DNA of 64,000 bases, taken from IMG/VR virus record IMGVR_UViG_3300021399_000098; one strand, written 5' to 3'. This DNA comes from a virus (Duplodnaviria; Caudoviricetes). Of the stretch, positions 59,580 to 64,000 are shown in pieces. Each line of letters starts with the position of its first letter. The stretch's first letter is position 1. The notes beneath the pieces are model-generated. The model made no database searches. It saw only the letters and a list, made by a program, of their open reading frames with translations, and was not told the origin of the DNA. The translations under genes were made by a program, and so were the position numbers.

Positions 59580-61388
59580 TTATGCAAAATTCAATGTCAA
59601 ACCATTTACAACTGGGTCTGTGATTGTGCCAGTTTTGCCGATGTTGTAAAGGTAGAATACTTGGTTCTTCTCACCGAAGTTATTCTCAGTCACCTTAACG
59701 CCATTGTACTTACAATTCTTGAAGTTGAATGTCCAAGTCTTGACATTTGACAAGTCACCGCCTAATGCAATGTCAGTAGTTGCTGGTTGGTAGATAATCA
59801 ATCCTGCCCATCCCCAATCTGCTGCTTCCTTATTTGGAGTGTTCTCATACGTCCAAGAAACGTTCTCGAAGTTAACGGTAACACCAGTAGCGTTCTTGTA
59901 GTTTGCAAGTCTCAATGCATTTGAGTTGTTAACATTCAAGTTAAGATTAACGTCTGAAATGTTGATTACAGCATTGTTATTTGGTCTGTAGATGTTAAAT
60001 ACATTGTGCTTCAAAGCAACGTCATCGACCTTCACGTTAGATGCGCTGAATGAATCAGTACCTGCACCAACTTCCTCGAATACGTTATAAGCCTTAGAAC
60101 CGTCTGCAACTGTGATGTTTGAAACATCAACCTTTGGAGCGTCTACCAAGAAATATCCGTTTGAAGAACCCTTGTCGCCAGTTACCTCAACGCCATCAAG
60201 TGCTATTGACTCAACTGCTGCAATGTTAACTTGCTGTGCTGCCTCAACGTTTGCAATTTCAAGGTTCTTGAATGTCTTCTTTGCTGCAAGTGCATTCAAT
60301 GCCTCTTCGCCACCGATGAATACATCAGCATCTTGTGGGTTTGTAATTGCTGTTATATCTTCAGCAGTGTTAGCAACCACAGTGTCATCATCGAAGAAAC
60401 CGCAGTCAAGCATTGATGCAAACTTGATTCCATCCTTATCAACTGATATAGGGTTCTTAATAGCAGGAGCAGAATAACCAGCTGCAACAGCCTTAACCTT
60501 GTTTGAAGCGATTGAAATACCATCACTTGCCTCAAGTCTCTCTTCGTCAGCCTTCTTGTCGATTGCTGCTTGTATGCCCTCAACCCTAATACCATCCTCG
60601 TCTACAACAAGGAATTCCTCACTGTGAGCATTATGCTTGATTGAAATAGTGTTGCTGTCATTGTCAATATCAATACCGTCACCAGCAGTATAGTAATCAA
60701 CCAAATCCTTAGTGTTGATATAAACAGCCTCCTCTTGATTTGCAATCACAAGCTTAATTGCAGTGTCAGTACCTTCTTCGTCCTCAGTGAAAGTGTCACC
60801 ACTCCAATAACCGTGAACCAATGAACCACTAGTTACAACAAGGTCTTTAGGAATGTCAATTTTACCAATCTTTTTATCGCCTTGAGACAAAACATAAGTC
60901 TTAAGATAACCGCTTGTTGCCTCGCCAGCTACAGTTAAACTGATTGTAAGAGCATCTGCAAGCTCTTCTGCAAGCTCTTCCAATGCATCAGCTATGGTGT
61001 AGTCTTCCGTAAAACCACTGCCAATTCTGTCATTGATGTCATTGATTGCGTCAGTAAGAGTAGTTCCGTCAATTCCATCGCCAATTGTTTCATTGATTTT
61101 AGCAATGTCTTTCTTTATCTGTTCAACATCTGCTGCGCTTCCATCAATGTCAAGAATTGTGTAAGATGATTGACCGCCACCTGCGTCTTCCATTTCATTA
61201 GCGTTAGCATAGAAACCTACCAATGTTCTAATGATTGAGCCTCCACCTACCACTGGGTCAAGATAACGTGCCAATTTTGCAACACCATCATTAGTTGCTG
61301 ATTGTGTTAATCCTTGGATTGCTAAATCCTTGTTAGCATAGACCTTACCATTACGTAAAAGTCCTAATGAATAAAGATTTTTAATCAT
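59580..61388 (-). CDS. Putative virion fibre / adhesin with beta-helix-like C-terminus
   Basis: GKIDIPKD...YTAGDGIDI fibre-type repeats; Asn/Val-rich beta C-terminus. Confidence 0.5.
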   Translation of the reverse strand: MIKNLYSLGLLRNGKVYANKDLAIQGLTQSATNDGVAKLARYLDPVVGGGSIIRTLVGFYANANEMEDAGGGQSSYTILDIDGSAADVEQIKKDIAKINETIGDGIDGTTLTDAINDINDRIGSGFTEDYTIADALEELAEELADALTISLTVAGEATSGYLKTYVLSQGDKKIGKIDIPKDLVVTSGSLVHGYWSGDTFTEDEEGTDTAIKLVIANQEEAVYINTKDLVDYYTAGDGIDIDNDSNTISIKHNAHSEEFLVVDEDGIRVEGIQAAIDKKADEERLEASDGISIASNKVKAVAAGYSAPAIKNPISVDKDGIKFASMLDCGFFDDDTVVANTAEDITAITNPQDADVFIGGEEALNALAAKKTFKNLEIANVEAAQQVNIAAVESIALDGVEVTGDKGSSNGYFLVDAPKVDVSNITVADGSKAYNVFEEVGAGTDSFSASNVKVDDVALKHNVFNIYRPNNNAVINISDVNLNLNVNNSNALRLANYKNATGVTVNFENVSWTYENTPNKEAADWGWAGLIIYQPATTDIALGGDLSNVKTWTFNFKNCKYNGVKVTENNFGEKNQVFYLYNIGKTGTITDPVVNGLTLNFA

Positions 61389-61593
61389 AATTTATTAAAA
61401 TATTTTATTAGTTTATTATCTATTTTTGATAATTGTTACATTTAATAATAAATATTTCAAATTCAAATATAAAAATATTATGCCAATGAATAATATTTTT
61501 CACAGAATTGAAATCTATCATCCAAATCATATGGTTGGATAATGAATTACCATACAGCGATAACTGTGTTGAAACAAACGTCAGTTCGGTTCG

Positions 61594-62256
61594 TTAACCA
61601 ACCACAGGGCGAACCGAGTAGCCGCTCTCACGGACGCCATAGTACACGCCCTTGTTACCATCGTAAAAGTTCAAGTAGTAAGCGCGCTTACTACCACCAG
61701 GAGAAGAACCCCAACAGTAACCGTAACTGCCTACATTGCTCTGGCTACCATTGCTCCAGTTGCCAGCAGCAGGAATGAATAAAACAGCCCCATTGGTAGC
61801 TGTGAATGTGCCGCCATTTATTCCACTACCTTTGTAGTTTGTTACCCACTGATAAGTAGTATTAGCTGTCAATTCTTGCATTTGTGTTCTCGTTGGCATA
61901 TGCCAAGAGCCACCCCATACTTGGGATGCCGTATCGACAGAAGAATCTAGTGGGTCTTCTGTTCCACTATAAATGCTATCGCCACTTGTTGCTGCATACT
62001 GAGCAGCACCCTTACCGTATTGATAGTAATTACCATAATCAGTTTCTGATGAAGCGCCAACGTTCATCGTTGCCCACAATGTTCCACTTGGCAAGCCAAG
62101 GTTAACATAAGCATGACCATTATAAGGGTCGTAATCAAAGTAATGAACCTTACTGTTATCTTTTGTTAGAGACACATGTGGCCTGCCAAAATCAGTTGTT
62201 GCTGAAAAAGTAGCCAATTCAGCAGTTGTATCGAAATTACTTATAAATTTACCCAT
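61594..62256 (-). CDS. Probable DGR target protein with C-terminal CLec-type domain
   Basis: VNLGLPSGTLWATMNVGA, WHMPT, LFIPAAG, GYCWGSS...AYYL...GYSVRPV; lies near an RT gene. Confidence 0.75.
   Translation of the reverse strand: MGKFISNFDTTAELATFSATTDFGRPHVSLTKDNSKVHYFDYDPYNGHAYVNLGLPSGTLWATMNVGASSETDYGNYYQYGKGAAQYAATSGDSIYSGTEDPLDSSVDTASQVWGGSWHMPTRTQMQELTANTTYQWVTNYKGSGINGGTFTATNGAVLFIPAAGNWSNGSQSNVGSYGYCWGSSPGGSKRAYYLNFYDGNKGVYYGVRESGYSVRPVVG
61597..61770 (-). other. Candidate DGR variable region (VR)
   Basis: Run of NNC/NNT codons at the 3' end, GC-richer than the gene body; template repeat not found in window. Confidence 0.55.
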
Positions 62257-62383
62257 AATTTCCTAATACTATATTTTTTTAAGTTATTTTATATATAAAT
62301 GTTATTACTAAACTAAACATACCAAAGCTGTATCTGATAGCATCACCATTTCAGACAAGATATATACATTTATTGTGTCTTAA

Positions 62384-63022
62384 TTAAAACATTTCATCGA
62401 AATTGATTTTCTGAGGGTATTCTACGGTGTAATCATATGCCTCAACATCATCAATATTATCAAGTGCATTAACGCTCTCCCTATGCTGTTCTGTCACATT
62501 ACTGCAAGCACTAGCATAGTTTTCCACCACATTAATCATAGAACGCCACTGAGATATTGTAAAGGTGTATTCCTTACCAGCAAAGGTCTTTGTCATTTCA
62601 TCGCCTCCAGCAGCCTCTATTGCCTCAAGAGAAGCCTTTAGACGTGAACGCTGGTCAAAGTTCAACCACATTGGTTCACCACCGATGATGAATGAGTTAA
62701 CGTTAGCTGAATTATCATACTCCGTAATATCGTTCTGTTTTCTACTTTTTGAAATTGCAAGAAGTTCTTCTTCAGTTGGTTCGATACCATCGAGTTTGTT
62801 AAGTTCAATGTTTATCTCTTGGATTTTATCCCTTGCGGCTTGACGTTGTAGAACAAGTGTGTCAAAGTCATAAGGGTCTTCAGCGCCTCTCATACGTGCC
62901 TCATATATTTTCATAATCTTCCAGTCACCGATTGATGATGTGTTTGCTGCAAGATTACTCATAAGTTGTGCCTTCTCAGCATTGAGGGCATTTCTTTTGT
63001 CGAAATTAATATCTTCGTTCAT
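62384..63022 (-). CDS. DUF4376-like tail-fibre-associated protein
   Basis: ITEYDNS..VNSF..G..MWL...R, H...V..L....VEAYDYT..YP. Confidence 0.65.
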   Translation of the reverse strand: MNEDINFDKRNALNAEKAQLMSNLAANTSSIGDWKIMKIYEARMRGAEDPYDFDTLVLQRQAARDKIQEINIELNKLDGIEPTEEELLAISKSRKQNDITEYDNSANVNSFIIGGEPMWLNFDQRSRLKASLEAIEAAGGDEMTKTFAGKEYTFTISQWRSMINVVENYASACSNVTEQHRESVNALDNIDDVEAYDYTVEYPQKINFDEMF

Positions 63023-63037
63023 AATTAATATATATTT

Positions 63038-64000
63038 TTAGATAAATATTTTATTTAAATCATTTGTATTGGCAGCTTTAAATGTTTCCTTATAAATTTC
63101 TTTTCTACCAACCTTTTTTAGTTCTTTGTGGGTTGGAAACAAACTTTTATACAATCTATCCATTGCATATATTGAATGATAACACACATTATGTTCCTTT
63201 ATAATAGTTCCTCTCCAAGATTGATAGCAGTTCCATATGTCGTTTTCTGTCATCCTACCACTGTCATACATTCTCTTAAATGCCTTTAGTCTCCTTCTCT
63301 CCCTAACTATTTTTTTCCTAGTTAATCTTTTCAATATTTTTCCATTTGGAAGTATGTTATATTTTATCTGTAGAAATGTAAATCCGTGAGATAGTTTGAC
63401 TACATGTGTTTTCTTTTTATTAATCTCAAGCTTGAGATATGTTAAAGTATTTTCTATCTCCGAAAGTAATGAATATAATTCCTTTTTGGATTTCCCTATT
63501 ATAAATATATCATCCATATACCTTCCGTAATATTTAACACCCTTTACCACCTTTGCAAACACATCTACAGGAGTAAGGTAGTACAATGCCAATATCTGTG
63601 GTGCTTCACTCCCAAGATTCAATCCCTTGTCACTTTTTGAACTGTTGTCTATCACATAGTTTATAAGAGATATTATGTGAGGATTTTTATCCTTTATTTT
63701 CGGATATATAAGTTGTTTCAACGTCTCATGGTCAATACTTTCAAAGTATTTCTTTATGTCAATAAGTAATATATATCCATCAGTGCCATTTTTATGTATG
63801 TATTTTCTTAACAGTATCTCAAACCTTTTTCTAGCAAAAGAAGTACCCCTATTCTTTATTGACGCATAGTTGTCATAAATAACGAAAGGTATCAACGAAG
63901 GAGTAAGGACATCAACAGTTAACACTTTTTGTACTATCTTATCCCTTACTATAGGGGCTTCTATATGCCTTATGTGACCACGTTCATTTAGGTAAAATTC
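63038..64000 (-). CDS. Reverse transcriptase, DGR-like; 5' end lies beyond window
   Basis: Frame open to 64000 (ERGHIRHIEAPIVRDKIVQK), DIKKYFESIDH, GLNLGSEAPQ, RYMDD, GFTFL. Confidence 0.88.
   Translation of the reverse strand, partial: EFYLNERGHIRHIEAPIVRDKIVQKVLTVDVLTPSLIPFVIYDNYASIKNRGTSFARKRFEILLRKYIHKNGTDGYILLIDIKKYFESIDHETLKQLIYPKIKDKNPHIISLINYVIDNSSKSDKGLNLGSEAPQILALYYLTPVDVFAKVVKGVKYYGRYMDDIFIIGKSKKELYSLLSEIENTLTYLKLEINKKKTHVVKLSHGFTFLQIKYNILPNGKILKRLTRKKIVRERRRLKAFKRMYDSGRMTENDIWNCYQSWRGTIIKEHNVCYHSIYAMDRLYKSLFPTHKELKKVGRKEIYKETFKAANTNDLNKIFI

Noticed and set aside
63038-64000. RT as a group II intron or a CRISPR-associated RT
   Set aside because: No maturase/endonuclease extension or Cas1 fusion is visible, it lies about 48 kb from the cas locus, and the nearby CLec gene fits a DGR better
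1-64000. tRNA, rRNA or tracrRNA genes
   Set aside because: No cloverleaf, rRNA or anti-repeat sequence was recognised in the intergenic regions; a covariance-model scan would be needed to exclude them

Overview
64 kb of a large, AT-rich, T4-like myovirus (jumbo/huge phage) using the standard genetic code. The host is most likely an anaerobic Bacteroidota: there are many TAnnTTTG / TTTG promoters and a Bacteroides-type NrdD. The window holds replication and recombination genes (NrdD, DnaB-like helicase, 5'-3' exonuclease, RecA/UvsX, thymidine kinase, gp32-like SSB) and contractile-tail genes (neck, baseplate hub, tape measure, tube, sheath). Three accessory systems stand out. (1) A compact phage CRISPR-Cas locus, cas6-cas7-cas5(large)-array-cas3, has no recognisable cas8, cas11, cas1, cas2 or cas4; its 14-repeat array has class-2-like geometry (36-nt repeats, 29-30-nt spacers). 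(2) Several free-standing homing endonucleases or insertions are flanked by synonymously recoded duplicates of neighbouring gene termini, and two have target-like sites at their own promoters. (3) A probable diversity-generating retroelement (RT plus a C-type-lectin-like target) sits at the right edge. All protein calls come from motif recognition by eye; no database searches were run.
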